From assembly GCA_963779575.1 (NCBI GenBank), contig CAVZYT010000005.1, positions 652,636 through 716,635 on the forward strand: a stretch of DNA of 64,000 nt. Direction: 5' to 3'. Numbering within the stretch: position 1 is the stretch's first letter; each line of letters begins with the position of its first letter. The position numbers and the translations under genes are program-made. The DNA comes from an uncultured Chloroflexia bacterium. GTDB lineage: Bacteria; Chloroflexota; Limnocylindria; Limnocylindrales; CSP1-4. This document shows, piece by piece, positions 1 to 11,054 of this stretch. The notes below the pieces were generated by a model. The model saw nothing but the letters and a program-made list of their open reading frames with translations. It had not been told where the DNA came from and did not search any database.

Positions 1-1318
1 GCGGCGGTTCGCGGGGGCCGTGCTCGCGTGGATCAGCCTCGCGGGGATCGTCCTCTCGATCCTGCTGGTCGTCCTTGCCAACCCGCTGATCTCGATCGTG
101 GGTCCGGGTCTCGACGCGCCGAGCCACGACGCGGCGGTGGTCTACCTGTACGTGCTGGCGCCGGTGGCGTTCCTCGCCGCCGTGACGGGGATCCTGTACT
201 CGCTGTGCCAGGCGGAGGACCTGTTCGCGGCGATCGCGATCGGGGCGTTCGTCGGCACGATCGTGACGTTCGTGATCATGGTCGTCCTGTGGGGCTCGCT
301 GAACCTGATGGCGCTCGCAGTCGGCACGCTGATCGGCCAGGCGATCGGAGCGGCGATCCTGGTCGTGGCCGCGGCGCGCGCCTCGGCCGCGCCGCGGCTG
401 ACGCTGCGGACGACCGGCCTCCCGTTCCGCTCGTTCCTCCATCACGCCGCGCCGCTCACCCTCTCCTCGGCGATCCTCCAGGTGAATGTCGTGTTCGACC
501 GGGCCATCGCCTCGCTGATCGCGCCCGGCGGTGTCAGCGCGCTGCGCTACGCCGAGGTCCTGGTCCGGACGCCGATCAGCGCGATCAGCCCCGCCTGGGG
601 GTCGGCGATGTACCCGACGCTCGTCCGGGCCGCGCGCGACAAGGACGACAGCCTCGCCACCACGACGTCGCGCTCGCTGCGCTTCGCGATCGCCGCGTTC
701 GTCCCGATCGCGATGCTCACCGCGGCGGTCGCCCCGGTCGCCGTCTCGGTCGCCTACGGCCGCGGCGCGTTCGGCCCCGAGGACGTCGCCCGGACGGCCC
801 GGGTCGTGGCGGCGTTCGCGCCGCTGATCGTGATCCTGATGACCTCGCCCGTCCTGGCCGGCGCCCACAACGCGCGCCGCAGCGGCTCGGTGCTGCTCGC
901 GGGCGGGATCACCAACGTGATCTTCAACGTCATCCTCGACGTCCTGTTCGGCGCCTGGCTGGGCGTCGCCGGCATCGCCCTCTCGTCCTCGGTCGCGTCG
1001 ACGATCGTGGTCACGTTCTTCGCCCTGAAGCTGGCCCGGTCGGACTCGGCGTTCGAGCTGCGTCCGATCGGCCGCGTCCTCGTGCTGGCCATCGGCGCCT
1101 CGATCGTGCCCGCGGCGGTCGTGGCGGTGATCGCCTGGTCGGGCGTCGTGCCGAACGGGCTGCTGGTCGAGCTGGCCGCGCTGGCCGTGTTCGGGGTCGC
1201 CGGCCTCGGGGTGTTCCTCGGGACCTCCGCGCTGATCGGGCTCGAGGAGCCGGTCGTGCTCGCGCGATCCGTGTGGGGCCTGACCCGGCGCGGCCGCCGC
1301 ACGCCGCGGGCGGCCTGA
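1..1318 (+). CDS. MurJ/Wzx-type lipid-linked oligosaccharide flippase (MviN family), 5' partial
   Basis: ORF 20..1318 with many hydrophobic segments and MurJ-like text (LTLSSAILQVNVVFDRAIASLIAPGGVSALRYAEVL, AFAPLIVILMTSPVLAGAHNARRSG). The frame appears open to the window edge, so the N-terminus is probably outside the window. Confidence 0.8.
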   Translation, partial: RRFAGAVLAWISLAGIVLSILLVVLANPLISIVGPGLDAPSHDAAVVYLYVLAPVAFLAAVTGILYSLCQAEDLFAAIAIGAFVGTIVTFVIMVVLWGSLNLMALAVGTLIGQAIGAAILVVAAARASAAPRLTLRTTGLPFRSFLHHAAPLTLSSAILQVNVVFDRAIASLIAPGGVSALRYAEVLVRTPISAISPAWGSAMYPTLVRAARDKDDSLATTTSRSLRFAIAAFVPIAMLTAAVAPVAVSVAYGRGAFGPEDVARTARVVAAFAPLIVILMTSPVLAGAHNARRSGSVLLAGGITNVIFNVILDVLFGAWLGVAGIALSSSVASTIVVTFFALKLARSDSAFELRPIGRVLVLAIGASIVPAAVVAVIAWSGVVPNGLLVELAALAVFGVAGLGVFLGTSALIGLEEPVVLARSVWGLTRRGRRTPRAA

Positions 1319-1323
1319 CCCCG

Positions 1324-3180
1324 ATGCAGCTGCAGTTCGGCGTCCTGGGCGACGCACCGACGGCCGACCTGACGTTCGCGCGGCTGGCGTCGAGCAGTGC
1401 GCTGGCCGGGGGCGAGGTGCCGCGGCTGGCCGAGGCCCCGGGCTGCCGGATCGGATCGATCGACCGCTCGACGGCGTGGTGGCATGCGCCGGGGACGGAC
1501 CGCTGGTTCCACGTCGACGGCGAGATCCGCGTGATCGACGGGGTCGACACGACCGGCAAGGGCCTCGACGAGGCCGGTCGGGGCGCCATCGCGCGGCTGT
1601 ACGACCGCCTTGGCGAGCGCGCCTGGTCGCGCCTCGACGGGTCGTTCTGCCTCGTCGTCCGCGACCGCGCGACCGTGCACATCGTGATGGACGTGGTCGG
1701 CGCGCGGTCCGTCTACTGGTGGCTGGCCGACGGGGTCCTCGCCGTCCACTCGCACCTGCTCGACCTGGCCGCGGTGCACCCGGGGCCGCTGACCCCCGAC
1801 CTCGGCGCCGTGGGCGCATTCCTCGAGGGCGGCAGGTACCTGCCGACGACCACCGCGTGGCGCGAGATCCGGCACCTCGGGGCGGGCCAGGCCCTGACCT
1901 TCGAGGACGGCCGGGTCGACGTCCGCGAGCACTTCGCGCTGACCTTCGAGCCCGACCCACCGGCGGTCCCCGACGCGCGCGTGGTGGACGACGTCCTCGG
2001 CCTGCTGGAGGCGTCGGTCGCCCGGTGCTGGCGGAGCGCGGGCGACCCGGTCGTGCCGCTCAGCGGCGGGATGGACTCGCGCTATATCGCCGCCGAGATC
2101 GTCCGCCGGAACGGCCCGCGGAGCGTCCCGACGATCACCTGGGGCGAGGGACGCGGACGGCCGGGCGGGGATGCCGTCGTGGCGTCCCGCGTGGCCGAGG
2201 CGCTCGACGTCTCGAACGAGTGGTTCGAGAAGCCGCAGCACCACACCGCGGCCTCGTTCGAGCGGACGATCTACCTCGCCAGCGGCGAGGGCGACTGCGC
2301 GATCCACTACCCGGACGATGCGGAGCTCCACGCGGAGCTGGCCGGGCTCGGCTATCGCTCCCTGTTCCGCGGCGACGAGTGCTTCGGGAGCGGCGACGCG
2401 CTGCTCACGAACGCCGCGGTGCCGATCGTGAACGGCCTGGCGCCGATCGGGCGCGATCACGCCTACCGCGGCCTGCTCGGCGACGAGCTGTTCGACCGCG
2501 TCGCCGGCGAGCAGGAGCCGGCGCTGCGGTCAACGCTCGCGGCCATTCGGTCGACCACGCCGACATCCCGCCGGGGCGAGCTCTGGTATGGCGTGGGCGT
2601 GCGCCGCTTCCTGGGGCCCTACAACCGCGTCAAGCAGACCGACCTGGAGGTCTGCGCGCCGCTCCTCGATCGCGCCCTGCTGGAGCGACTGCGGACGACG
2701 CCGGACCGGCTGCGGTCGGACAAGGCCCTGCTCCGGGCGGCCCTGGACCGGCGGTTCCCCGCGCTGGCGGCGATTCCCTACGCCACCGACGACAACCTGC
2801 CCCGCTGGGAGGCGCGCGTGGCGTCCGACCCGACGCTCGCCCGCGTCCTGCTCGAGCGTTGCGCCCGGCCCGGCTGGCTCGACGAGATCGGTGCGAAGGA
2901 TCGGGTGGTCGCGGCGCTCCGGTCGCTGGAGGCCGCGGCCGTGAAGGCCGGGGGCCCGGGTCCGACGGGCGAGCCGGGCGCCGCGACGACGCCCGCCGCC
3001 GCGGCTGCCTCAGGCGGTGCCCCGTCGCGCATCCGCGCCGCCGTCAAGCGGACGTGGCCCGGTCGATACGCACGCGAGGCGACCCTCGAGCGCCGGTTCG
3101 CCTCGAACCTGCCGCAGTACCTGCGGCTGGCGCGGCTCACGGTCCTCCACGAGCTGCTCGCCCCGAGGCCCGGCGACTGA
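1324..3180 (+). CDS. Asparagine-synthase-like (glutamine-hydrolysing type) protein
   Basis: In-frame part of ORF 28..3180 starting MQLQFGVLGDAPTADLTF. Contains the PP-loop motif VVPLSGGMDSRYIAAEIV and a GATase-II-like N-terminal half (LYDRLGERAWSRLDGSFCLVVRD). Confidence 0.8.
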   Translation: MQLQFGVLGDAPTADLTFARLASSSALAGGEVPRLAEAPGCRIGSIDRSTAWWHAPGTDRWFHVDGEIRVIDGVDTTGKGLDEAGRGAIARLYDRLGERAWSRLDGSFCLVVRDRATVHIVMDVVGARSVYWWLADGVLAVHSHLLDLAAVHPGPLTPDLGAVGAFLEGGRYLPTTTAWREIRHLGAGQALTFEDGRVDVREHFALTFEPDPPAVPDARVVDDVLGLLEASVARCWRSAGDPVVPLSGGMDSRYIAAEIVRRNGPRSVPTITWGEGRGRPGGDAVVASRVAEALDVSNEWFEKPQHHTAASFERTIYLASGEGDCAIHYPDDAELHAELAGLGYRSLFRGDECFGSGDALLTNAAVPIVNGLAPIGRDHAYRGLLGDELFDRVAGEQEPALRSTLAAIRSTTPTSRRGELWYGVGVRRFLGPYNRVKQTDLEVCAPLLDRALLERLRTTPDRLRSDKALLRAALDRRFPALAAIPYATDDNLPRWEARVASDPTLARVLLERCARPGWLDEIGAKDRVVAALRSLEAAAVKAGGPGPTGEPGAATTPAAAAASGGAPSRIRAAVKRTWPGRYAREATLERRFASNLPQYLRLARLTVLHELLAPRPGD

Positions 3181-4335
3181 TGGGCGGCCGCGTGCTGCGC
3201 GTGATCACCCGGCTCACGGTCAGCGGACCGACCACGCACGTCCAGCTGCTGGATCGTGGGCTCGCGCGCGACGGCTGGGAGACGCTGCTCGTGTACGGCT
3301 CGGTCGAGGACGGGGAGACCGAGATGGACCTCGCCAAGCTCGACGTGCCGTCGCGCCACCTCGCGCCGCTCCGGCGATCGATCCGCCCGGCCGACGACGC
3401 ACGCGCGCTGGCGTCATTGATGCGCCTGATGCGCTCCTACCGACCGGACATCGTCCACACCCACCAGTCGAAGGCGGGCTGCTCGGCCGGCTGGCGGCGA
3501 CCGATGACGCGCGTCCCGAGCCGCGTCCACACGTTCCACGGCAACGTGTTCGAGGGGTACTTCAGCCCCCGGATGTCGGCGGCGGTGCTGACGGCGGAGC
3601 GGCTCGCCGCGCGTACGACGACCCGGACCATCGTGCTCAGCGAGGAGCAGCGCCGGGAGCTCGTCGAGCGGCGGATCGGGCACCCGGACCGGGTGATGGT
3701 GATCCCGCTGGGCCTCGACCTGGACCAGTTCGCCGGCTCACTCGCGCGCCGCGGCACGCTCCGAGCTCGCCCTCGACCCCGATGCGATCGTGCTTGTGGC
3801 CGCCGGGCGCTTCGCCCCGATCAAGCGCCTCGACCGCCTCCTGCGCGTGTTCCGGACCGTCCTCGACGACCACCCCGGCGCTGAGCTGTGCATCGTCGGC
3901 GACGGGCCGCTGCGCCCCGAGCTCGAGGCCCAGGCCGCCGGGCTCGCGCTCGGCGACGCGGTGCGCTTCGCCGGCTGGAGCGACGCGATGCCCGCCTGGC
4001 ACGCGGCCGCGGACATCGTGGTCAACTCGTCCGACAGCGAGGGGACGCCGCTGGTGCTGATCGAGGCCGGCGCGACCGGCCGGCCCGTCGTCGCGACGCG
4101 TGTCGGCGGCGTGGCCGACGTGGTGATCGACGGCGAGACCGGCTGGCTCGTGGAACGCGACGACGAGGCCGCCTTCGCCGAGCGGATCGGGCGCCTGATC
4201 GACGACCCGGCCATGCGCTCGCGCATGGGCGACGCCGCCGCCGCCCGGAGCCAGGGCCATGCCGCGGGCCGCCTGGTCGACGAGGTCGGGGCCCTTTACG
4301 CGGACCTGCTGGCGACTCGAGGGTCCCGACGCTAA
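3180..4335 (+). CDS. Glycosyltransferase family 4 (frame-disrupted near 3760)
   Basis: N-terminal MGGRVLRVITRLTVSGPTTHVQLLDRGLARDGWETLLVYG (frame of 1476..3884) continues in ORF 3790..4335 with LVAAGRFAPIKRLDRLLRVF and VVNSSDSEGTPLVLIEAGATGRPVVATRVGGVADVV. Confidence 0.85.
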
Positions 4336-4387
4336 GTGCTCGCGCCGCGACGCGACCGCCAGGACAGCCAGGCGCCCGGCTGAGGGT

Positions 4388-5356
4388 CTAGAGCCGGGTG
4401 GTCACCACGACCGCCAGGACGCCGGCGACGACCTCCGACCCGATCAGGATCGCCACCAGGCGGCGCTCGGTCACGCCGCCCGTCAGGCGCATGATCGCCT
4501 GCGCCAGGCCGATCGGCCGCCCCTCGTGGACGAGCTTCCCGTCGCTCCAGGTGCCCCACCAGCCGGTGCTCGGGAACCGGTTGCGCGCCTTGATCACGAA
4601 GTCGGCCGCGTACGGGCAGGATGAGGATGATGCCGGCGGTCTCGAACCCGCCGGTGACCACGGCCGCGGCGAGCACCGTGCCGATCGACGAGCGTCGCCG
4701 TGTCGCCGGGGAACACCCTGGCCGGGTACCAGCTGAAGCGCAGCAGCACCAGCAGCGCGCCCAGCATCGCGAACAGCAGCACGGCCGACTCCACGTTGCC
4801 GTCGCGCAGGGCGATGAGGCCCATCGAGAGGCAGGCCACCGAGCCCATCCCGGCCTCGAGGCCGTTGAAGCCCGGCCAGCATGTTGGTGACGTTGGCCGC
4901 CCCGGTCACGCCGATCGGGACCAGCACCAGCGGGTAGAGGAGGCCGAACGCGACCGTCCCGAGGATCGGGAAGTCCACCGCGGACGAGCCGTCGCCACTG
5001 GCGATCAGCGGGATCGCGGCCAGCATCGGCAGCGTGCCCTTGAGCGGCGGCGGCATGCGCAGCAGGTCATCGGCGAGGCCGATCATCATGACCACGAGGA
5101 CGCACGTGAAGGCGCCCAGCATCGGGCCGATGGCGAGGTCCCCGACCCAGCCCGTGACGGACAGGGCGATCGCGAGCAGCACGCCGGCCGACAGGGCGAA
5201 GGCGACGCCGATGCCGCCGATGTTGGGCACGCTCGGCCGGTCGGGCTTGTTGACGTCGTTCCCGGTCAGCCCCTCGGCGGCCAGGCGCGAGATGACCCAC
5301 GGCATCGCCGCGAGGCCCGTCAGCAGTGCGACGACGAACGCGATGGCGACCACCAT
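4388..5356 (-). CDS. Undecaprenyl-phosphate sugar-1-phosphate transferase (MraY/WecA family), with several frame disruptions
   Basis: MVVAIAFVVALLTGLAAMPWVISRLAAEGLTGNDVNKPDRPSVPNIGGIGVAFA, VVMMIGLADDLL, NVTNMLAG and VFPGDTATL fragments in three frames. Confidence 0.8.
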   Translation of the reverse strand: MVVAIAFVVALLTGLAAMPWVISRLAAEGLTGNDVNKPDRPSVPNIGGIGVAFALSAGVLLAIALSVTGWVGDLAIGPMLGAFTCVLVVMMIGLADDLLRMPPPLKGTLPMLAAIPLIASGDGSSAVDFPILGTVAFGLLYPLVLVPIGVTGAANVTNMLAGLQRPRGRDGLGGLPLDGPHRPARRQRGVGRAAVRDAGRAAGAAALQLVPGQGVPRRHGDARRSARCSPRPWSPAGSRPPASSSSCPYAADFVIKARNRFPSTGWWGTWSDGKLVHEGRPIGLAQAIMRLTGGVTERRLVAILIGSEVVAGVLAVVVTTRL

Positions 5357-5626
5357 CACGGTGTGGTCTGCACGCTCCCCAGCGCCTGCATCAGGTGTGT
5401 CTCCCCGAGCTTCCCGATCGATCCGAGCGGCATCGCGAGCGCGCTGGATGTCGAATCGTACTGGGCGGCATGGGCGTGTCGCAATGCGTCCCCGACAGCA
5501 TGCGGTGCGTGGACGCCCAATGTCGGCTCCCGGCGGCCAATCCCGTGGACAACTCGCTTGACACCCTCCAGCCGCGACCCCGATCCTCTCGGTCATGTCA
5601 ACGCTGGGGGCCGGGAGTCGTCACGG

Positions 5627-6668
5627 GTGACAGGCGTCTTCACCCTCACGTTCGATACCGAGCTCATCTGGGGATCGTTCGACCACTCCTCCGCGGAGGT
5701 GTTCGAGCGCCAGTACCCCGACGAGCGCAGCGACCGTCGACGGCCTGCTCCGTCTGCTCGAGCGCTACGAGGTCTCGGCGACGTGGGCCGTGGTCGGCCA
5801 CCTGTTCCTGTCGGAATGCCAGCGCGACACATCCGGCCGCGCCCACGGCGACATGGTCCACCCGCGCCAGTCCGCCTCGGACCTCGACTGGTATCGCGGC
5901 GACCCGTGCTCCGACCTCGCGCGTGACCCGCTGTGGTACGGACCCGACCTGATCGACGCGATCCAGGCCGCCGACCATCCGCAGGAGATCGCCAGCCACT
6001 CCTTCGCGCACCCCGAGTTCGGCGACCCGGCGATGACCATCGAGGCCGCCCGGTCCGATCTCGCCGCCTGCATCGCGGCGGCGAATGATCGTGGGATCGC
6101 CCTCAAGAGCTTCGTGTTCCCGCGCAACAGCGAGGGCCATCACGCCGCCCTGCGGGAAGCCGGGTTCCGCGTCTTCCGCGGCGCAGACCCGACGTGGCAC
6201 GCCAAGGCCCCGACCTCGCTCCACCGCGTCGCCCATTTCGCGGACCAGGCGCTGGGCATCGCGCCGCCGGTGTCGCGGCCGAGGGAGGAGCTCCCCGGGC
6301 TGTGGCGCGTGCCCGGTTCGGCGCTGCTGATGGGCACGGCGGGCATGCGTCGCGTCGTCCCGGCCGGGGCGCGCATCCACAAGGCGAAGATCGGGGTCAA
6401 GCGCGCCATCGAACAGGACGCCGTGTTCCACCTGTGGACGCATCCGTTCAACCTCTCGACGCACCGCGAGTACATGCTCGGCGTGGTGGAGGGCATCCTG
6501 CGGGTGGCCGCCGACGCCCGCGACCGGGACCAGCTGCGGATCGCCCCGATGGGCGCCGTGCCGGACCTGTTCGGGGCCAAGCCCGACGGGGTGATGGACG
6601 AGCGGACCGCGAGCGCCGTGGGCCACGCCGGGCAGGACTTCGTGCCGGCCGGCGGGTCCGGGTCGTGA
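5627..6668 (+). CDS. Polysaccharide deacetylase family protein (frame-disrupted near 5735)
   Basis: VTGVFTLTFDTELIWGSFDH..., then LLERYEVSATWAVVGHLFLSEC..., HPQEIASHSFAHPEFGDPAMT: NodB-like layout. Confidence 0.75.
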
Positions 6669-7882
6669 CGGAGGCCGCCGACGAGAATCCGGGCGAGCCT
6701 CGGCCCCGGACGCCGGGGCGGCTCCGCATCCTGTACATCTGCTCGAGCCTCCGGCCCGGGGGCAGCGAACGCCAGATGCTCGCCCTGGCCGCGCGGCTGC
6801 CCGCTGACCGCTACCGGGTCGACTTCCTGACGCTCTCGGAGCCAGGGCCGTATGCGTCCGATGCCGAGGGGTTCGGGGCGCGGGTCTTCTCGCTCGGGTC
6901 GAGCCCGCCGCCCGGCATCTCCCCGGTCGGGCGCTCCGTCCGGCGCGTCCGGAAGGGCCTCCGGTTCCTCTCGATCGTGCGCAACGGCCACTACGACATC
7001 GTCGACGCATGGATGTACCCGACCTACCACCTCGCCGCGCTGACGCGGGGGCTTACCGGCACGCCGATCGTCTCCTCGGGCCGCCGTGACCTCCGGGGCC
7101 AGGCGCAGCCCCTTGGGCGGCTCGGCGGCAGCCTGGAGTCCGTCGCGCGGCGCATGACCGACGCGGTGGTCGCCAACTCGCAGGCCGTGGCGGCCGACAC
7201 GATCGCCCGCGAGCACCCGGCACCCGGACACCTGCGCGTGATCTACAACGGCGTCGTGCGGGTCCCGTCGCTCACGCCCGACGAGCGCGAGGCCTGTCGA
7301 CGCGACTGGGGCGTCGGGCCGGACGAGGTGCTGGTGGGCTGCGTCGCCAACTACCGCGAGGTCAAGCGCCACGTCGTGCTGATCGACGCGTTCGCCGCCG
7401 CGGCCGCCGTGCGCCCCGAGTTGCGCCTGATCCTGATCGGCGAGGGCCCGCTCCGGCCGCAGCTCGAGGCGCAGGTCCGCGAGCTGGGCGTCGAGCAGCT
7501 GGTCCGGATCCACGGCGCAGAGGCGGACCCGCGACCGATGTTCGAGGCGTTCGACGTCGTCGCTCACGCCTCCGAGAGCGAGGGCCTCCCGAACGCCCTG
7601 CTCGAGGCGGCCTCGGGCGGCCGCGCGATCGTCGCCACGGCAGCCGGCGGCGCGCCCGAGATCGTCATCGACGGCGAGACCGGGCTCCTCGTCCCCGTCG
7701 ACGACCGGGACGCCCTGGCCGCGGCGCTGGAGCGCCTGGGGGGCGATCCGGACCTCCGCGCACGCCTGGGGGCAGCCGCCCGCGAGCGCGCCGACACCGT
7801 GTTCGGCATGGACCGCTTCGTGCGCGAGTTCAGCGACCTGTACGAGGAGCTCGCGGCCGCACACGGCCGCCCGGTCGCGTAG
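6665..7882 (+). CDS. Glycosyltransferase family 4 (GT4)
   Basis: RILYICSSLRPGGSERQMLALAARLP; VVAHASESEGLPNALLEAASGGRAIVATAAGGAPEIVIDGETGLLVPVDD. Confidence 0.88.
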   Translation: MTEAADENPGEPRPRTPGRLRILYICSSLRPGGSERQMLALAARLPADRYRVDFLTLSEPGPYASDAEGFGARVFSLGSSPPPGISPVGRSVRRVRKGLRFLSIVRNGHYDIVDAWMYPTYHLAALTRGLTGTPIVSSGRRDLRGQAQPLGRLGGSLESVARRMTDAVVANSQAVAADTIAREHPAPGHLRVIYNGVVRVPSLTPDEREACRRDWGVGPDEVLVGCVANYREVKRHVVLIDAFAAAAAVRPELRLILIGEGPLRPQLEAQVRELGVEQLVRIHGAEADPRPMFEAFDVVAHASESEGLPNALLEAASGGRAIVATAAGGAPEIVIDGETGLLVPVDDRDALAAALERLGGDPDLRARLGAAARERADTVFGMDRFVREFSDLYEELAAAHGRPVA

Positions 7883-7888
7883 CGCGGG

Positions 7889-8878
7889 TCAGGGGTTCGG
7901 CAGCCGCCGCCCGAGGGCGGGCAGGTAGCGCTCGACGAGGTAGAACCCGACGCCGACGGGGACCATGGCGGCCCACAGGACCTTCACGCCGGGGTTGCGC
8001 AGCGTCCGCGGCTGCGCGGCGAGGCTGCGGCCCGCGTGCAGCCCGCTGGTGGTGATCGCGACCGCGTCGCGGGCGAACGTGACCGGCACCACCGGCAGCC
8101 AGCGCAGGTCGTTGTTCAGCCGGTCCTCGGCCTCGAGCACGCGTCCCGGTGCGTTGGTCCAGCCGATGGCCGGTCGCGTCAGGCTGGTCGTCTGGTCCTG
8201 CCAGTAGATCCGCAGCGGCTCGTTGACGTAGCGGGTGCGGTACTTGCGCGCGATCGCGCGCCAGGTCACGGCTTCCGCGATCGAGCCCGTGTACCCCGGG
8301 ATCACCGGGATCTCCTGGGCGCGCATCACCGACGTGCGCTGGAAGCCCCACTTGTCGCCCTTGACCTTGTAGCGGTAGCGGATCTCGATCGAGTCGGAGT
8401 CGAACACGTCGGCCGGGAACCGGGTGCCGATGATCTCGCCGTGCTCGTCCATCGCCAGGGCGGACACCGCCGAGAACCCGTCCCGCTCGTCGTCGGGGAT
8501 CGAGTCCCAGTGGAACTTCAGCCGCTCGAGCGCCTGGGGCACGAGCCCGTCGGCGGATCGGATCTCCGTGAACAGCGATCCCCGTGCCTCGCGGATCGCC
8601 CTCGTCCACGACCCCTGGCGCCCGATGTTGACCTCGTTGCGCAGGTAGCGGATCGGGACGTCGCCGGCCGCGATCCAGCCCTCGACGATGGCGGGCGTGT
8701 CGTCGGTCGAGGCGTTGTCGACGATCAGCCACTCGAAGTCGCGGAACGTCTGGGCGCGCATGCTCTCGTAGACGCGGTGCAGCACCTGTCCGCGGTTGAA
8801 GGTCGGGGTGAAGACCGTGAACAGGGGCGGCCCGCCGATCGGCGCGGCGGCCGCCGGCCCGTCACCCGAACCGGTCAT
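7889..8878 (-). CDS. Glycosyltransferase family 2
   Basis: PLFTVFTPTFNRGQVLHRVYESMRAQTFRDFEWLIVDNASTDDTPAIVEGW. Confidence 0.88.
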   Translation of the reverse strand: MTGSGDGPAAAAPIGGPPLFTVFTPTFNRGQVLHRVYESMRAQTFRDFEWLIVDNASTDDTPAIVEGWIAAGDVPIRYLRNEVNIGRQGSWTRAIREARGSLFTEIRSADGLVPQALERLKFHWDSIPDDERDGFSAVSALAMDEHGEIIGTRFPADVFDSDSIEIRYRYKVKGDKWGFQRTSVMRAQEIPVIPGYTGSIAEAVTWRAIARKYRTRYVNEPLRIYWQDQTTSLTRPAIGWTNAPGRVLEAEDRLNNDLRWLPVVPVTFARDAVAITTSGLHAGRSLAAQPRTLRNPGVKVLWAAMVPVGVGFYLVERYLPALGRRLPNP

Positions 8879-9689
8879 CGGGGCGGGACGCCTCCGAGCG
8901 CCGCCACACGTCCCAGACGTACGCGGCGCCGACCGAGAGCGCGAGGGCGATCGCGATCGCGATCAGCACGATGGTGACCCGCGACGTCCCGCTCGAGATC
9001 GTCGGCGGATCGCCGGCTCGACGACGGTGAGGGCGTTGGGCGAGGTCGCGGAGATGCCGTCGCCAGGGACGTAGCGCGCCGTGGTCAGCGTCTGGAGCTC
9101 GCGCTCGAGCGTCGTCAGCTCGACGTTCTCGTCGGGGGTGCGGTCGGGCTTCGCGAGCAGCGTCAGGATCCGGTCCTCGGAGCACCGCGATCCGCTGCGT
9201 CGAGCAGCGCGAGCCGCTCGCGCTGGGTCGCCTCCTGGGCCTCGTCGCGTGCGGGCGCGCGGTCGAGCAGCTGCTGGCCGATGGCGTTGGCGAGCTTGGC
9301 GGACTGGAGCGCGTCCGCGTCGCGGACGAGGATCTGGAGCAGGACCCCCTGGTCGGGAACCTCGGCGGTCACGCGCTGGGCCAGCTCGTCGGGATCGATC
9401 GCAACGGCCGATGGCCCGAGGTTGAGCTCTGCGATCGCTCCCTCGAGCACGGGGCGCGTGGTCGGACCAGCTGCGCGTACGACTGGGCCACGGCCTGCGA
9501 CGCGAGGATGCTCGTATAGCCGAGGCCCGGGTCGTTGAGCGACTGGCCGACGTACAGCGTCGCCCGCGACTCGAAGGTGCGCGGCAGCTGCGAGGCGACC
9601 ACGACGGCGATCACGACCGCGAGGACCAGCGACAGCGCGATCAGCCACGCCGCCGACCACAGCGCAGCGGCATACCGGCGTAGGTCCAC
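8862..9689 (-). CDS. Wzz/chain-length-determinant-like protein (several frame disruptions)
   Basis: MDLRRYAAALWSAAWLIALSLVLAVVIAVVVASQLPRTFESRATLYVGQSLNDPGLGYTSILASQAVAQSYAQLV at the N-terminus and a C-terminal TM TIVLIAIAIALALSVGAAYVWDVWRR in other frames. Confidence 0.7.
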
Positions 9690-9765
9690 GTTCGCGGGCT
9701 GGCCTCCTTGGGGAGCGGCGAGTATAGAGCATCGATCGGGGCGGCCCCGCCGGCCCGTCGACCGG

Positions 9766-10968
9766 TTAGTCGATGTCGCCGATCACGCGGCTGTCGGTGA
9801 CCCTCGCGAGCCGGCCGTACGTGAGGGGCTGGTGGTTTCCGCTGACCTTGAGGCCATCCACGCCCTCGAACTCCATGACCGGCCCGGCGACCTGCGTGTC
9901 GCTCCAGTTGCCGATGATCCGGAAGTCGGTCCGGCCCGTGTTCTCGACGTTCCAGACGCCGATGCGCAGCGGTCCCGCGGTGGCCACGTTGCGGCTGACC
10001 TCCACGTCGGACTCGGGGCCCTTGCCGGTGCCGGCGAACAGCCACGGGACGAGGACCGGGCTCAGCCCGTAGGTGCCGATGACGTTGTCCGAGAACCGGA
10101 CGTGCTCGGCGCCGGCCGGGATGCCGTCGAAGACCTGCGCGTTGGGCTCGATGTCGAACGCGTACAGCGCGAGGTCGTCGAGCGTCGTTGTGCTCCACGA
10201 CGACGTTGCGGGCGCCGTCGGTGATCGCGACGCCCATCCGGCCGTTGCGCTCGATCGTCGAGTCGTGGACCCTGGATCGCCGTCGGCCCAGCGCTGGCCG
10301 GCGCCGCGACGACCCCGGCCGTGAGGTAGACGCCGTCGCCGCCGACGTTGCGGATGGTCACGTCCGGCCCGATCTCGACGTCGTGGGCGCCGCCGACCGC
10401 GATCCCGTGGTTGCCCTCGAACGGCGAGGATCACCGCGTCGGCGGTGCCCGGCCTCGGGCCAGTAGCCCTCGATCGTGAGGTCGAGGATGTGGATGTCCG
10501 ACGCCGCCGTGGTCGATGCGGATGCGCGGGTCTCGCGCTGCGGACGGTCGCGAACAGTCGGGCGCCGCGTCCGTCGATCGTGAGCTCGTCCGCGCGGCCT
10601 CGAGGTGGAGCTGGCCCTCGATCCGGTAGTCGCCGTCGCGGCCGCGAGGCAGACGACCGACCCTTGGGGCTCGCGTCGACGAAGGCCTGGAGGGCCGCCG
10701 TGACGTCGCTCACCGCCCGGTCGCGTCGCCACGGTCGCCGTCCGCGTGCAGGCCGGCGGGGCGGGGCTCGCCGACGCCCGGACACCGGCCGCGGGGCGCG
10801 ACGGCCGCGCCGGGGCCGGCCGACGGCGCCGTCCGACGGCCGCCGCGGGCTTGAACAGGATCTGGCCCGGAGAAGCCGATCGCGATCGCGGCGACGGTCG
10901 CGATCCCGAGGACGGCCCCCATCGATTGCGACGACGCGACGCCGGGCCCGTGTCAGCGCCTCTCGCAT
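9766..10968 (-). CDS. Secreted right-handed parallel beta-helix protein (copy 1; multiple frame disruptions)
   Basis: Fragments [85 protein letters not shown]-terminal [10 protein letters not shown]... and a TM segment [18 protein letters not shown] in another frame. Confidence 0.65.
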   Translation of the reverse strand: MREALTRARRRVVAIDGGRPRDRDRRRDRDRLLRARSCSSPRRPSDGAVGRPRRGRRAPRPVSGRRRAPPRRPARGRRPWRRDRAVSDVTAALQAFVDASPKGRSSASRPRRRLPDRGPAPPRGRADELTIDGRGARLFATVRSARPAHPHRPRRRRTSTSSTSRSRATGPRPGTADAVILAVRGQPRDRGRRRPRRRDRAGRDHPQRRRRRRLPHGRGRRGAGQRWADGDPGSTTRRSSATAGWASRSPTAPATSSWSTTTLDDLALYAFDIEPNAQVFDGIPAGAEHVRFSDNVIGTYGLSPVLVPWLFAGTGKGPESDVEVSRNVATAGPLRIGVWNVENTGRTDFRIIGNWSDTQVAGPVMEFEGVDGLKVSGNHQPLTYGRLARVTDSRVIGDID

Positions 10969-11054
10969 GCCCGGATGGTACCCGGGAGACGCTCGACGGC
11001 CCCCCTCCGGTTGGAGGGAGGCCGTCGGTTCGCCGTTCGATGGGTGCGGTGTCG

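Noticed and set aside
754-2460. Long minus-strand ORF (568 aa) opposite the flippase/asparagine-synthase genes
   Set aside because: It is low-complexity Arg/Pro/Ala-rich text antisense to genes with clear homology, typical of high-GC shadow ORFs.
3700-4900. Frame breaks considered as programmed frameshifting
   Set aside because: Breaks are numerous, occur in unrelated genes and at varied sites, and show no consistent slippery sequence plus structure. Sequencing indels are more likely.
5357-5626. Leader region between the WecA-like and deacetylase genes considered as another riboswitch
   Set aside because: Short GTGTCG…CGACA pairing is present, but none of the GEMM conserved elements (CAAAGCC, GGGTTGCCGA) or other class signatures are recognisable.
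6140-7864. 574-aa minus-strand ORF opposite the GT4 gene (likewise 19902..21212, 17629..18390 and 30783..32531)
   Set aside because: Antisense shadow ORFs of well-supported proteins, with no recognisable motifs.
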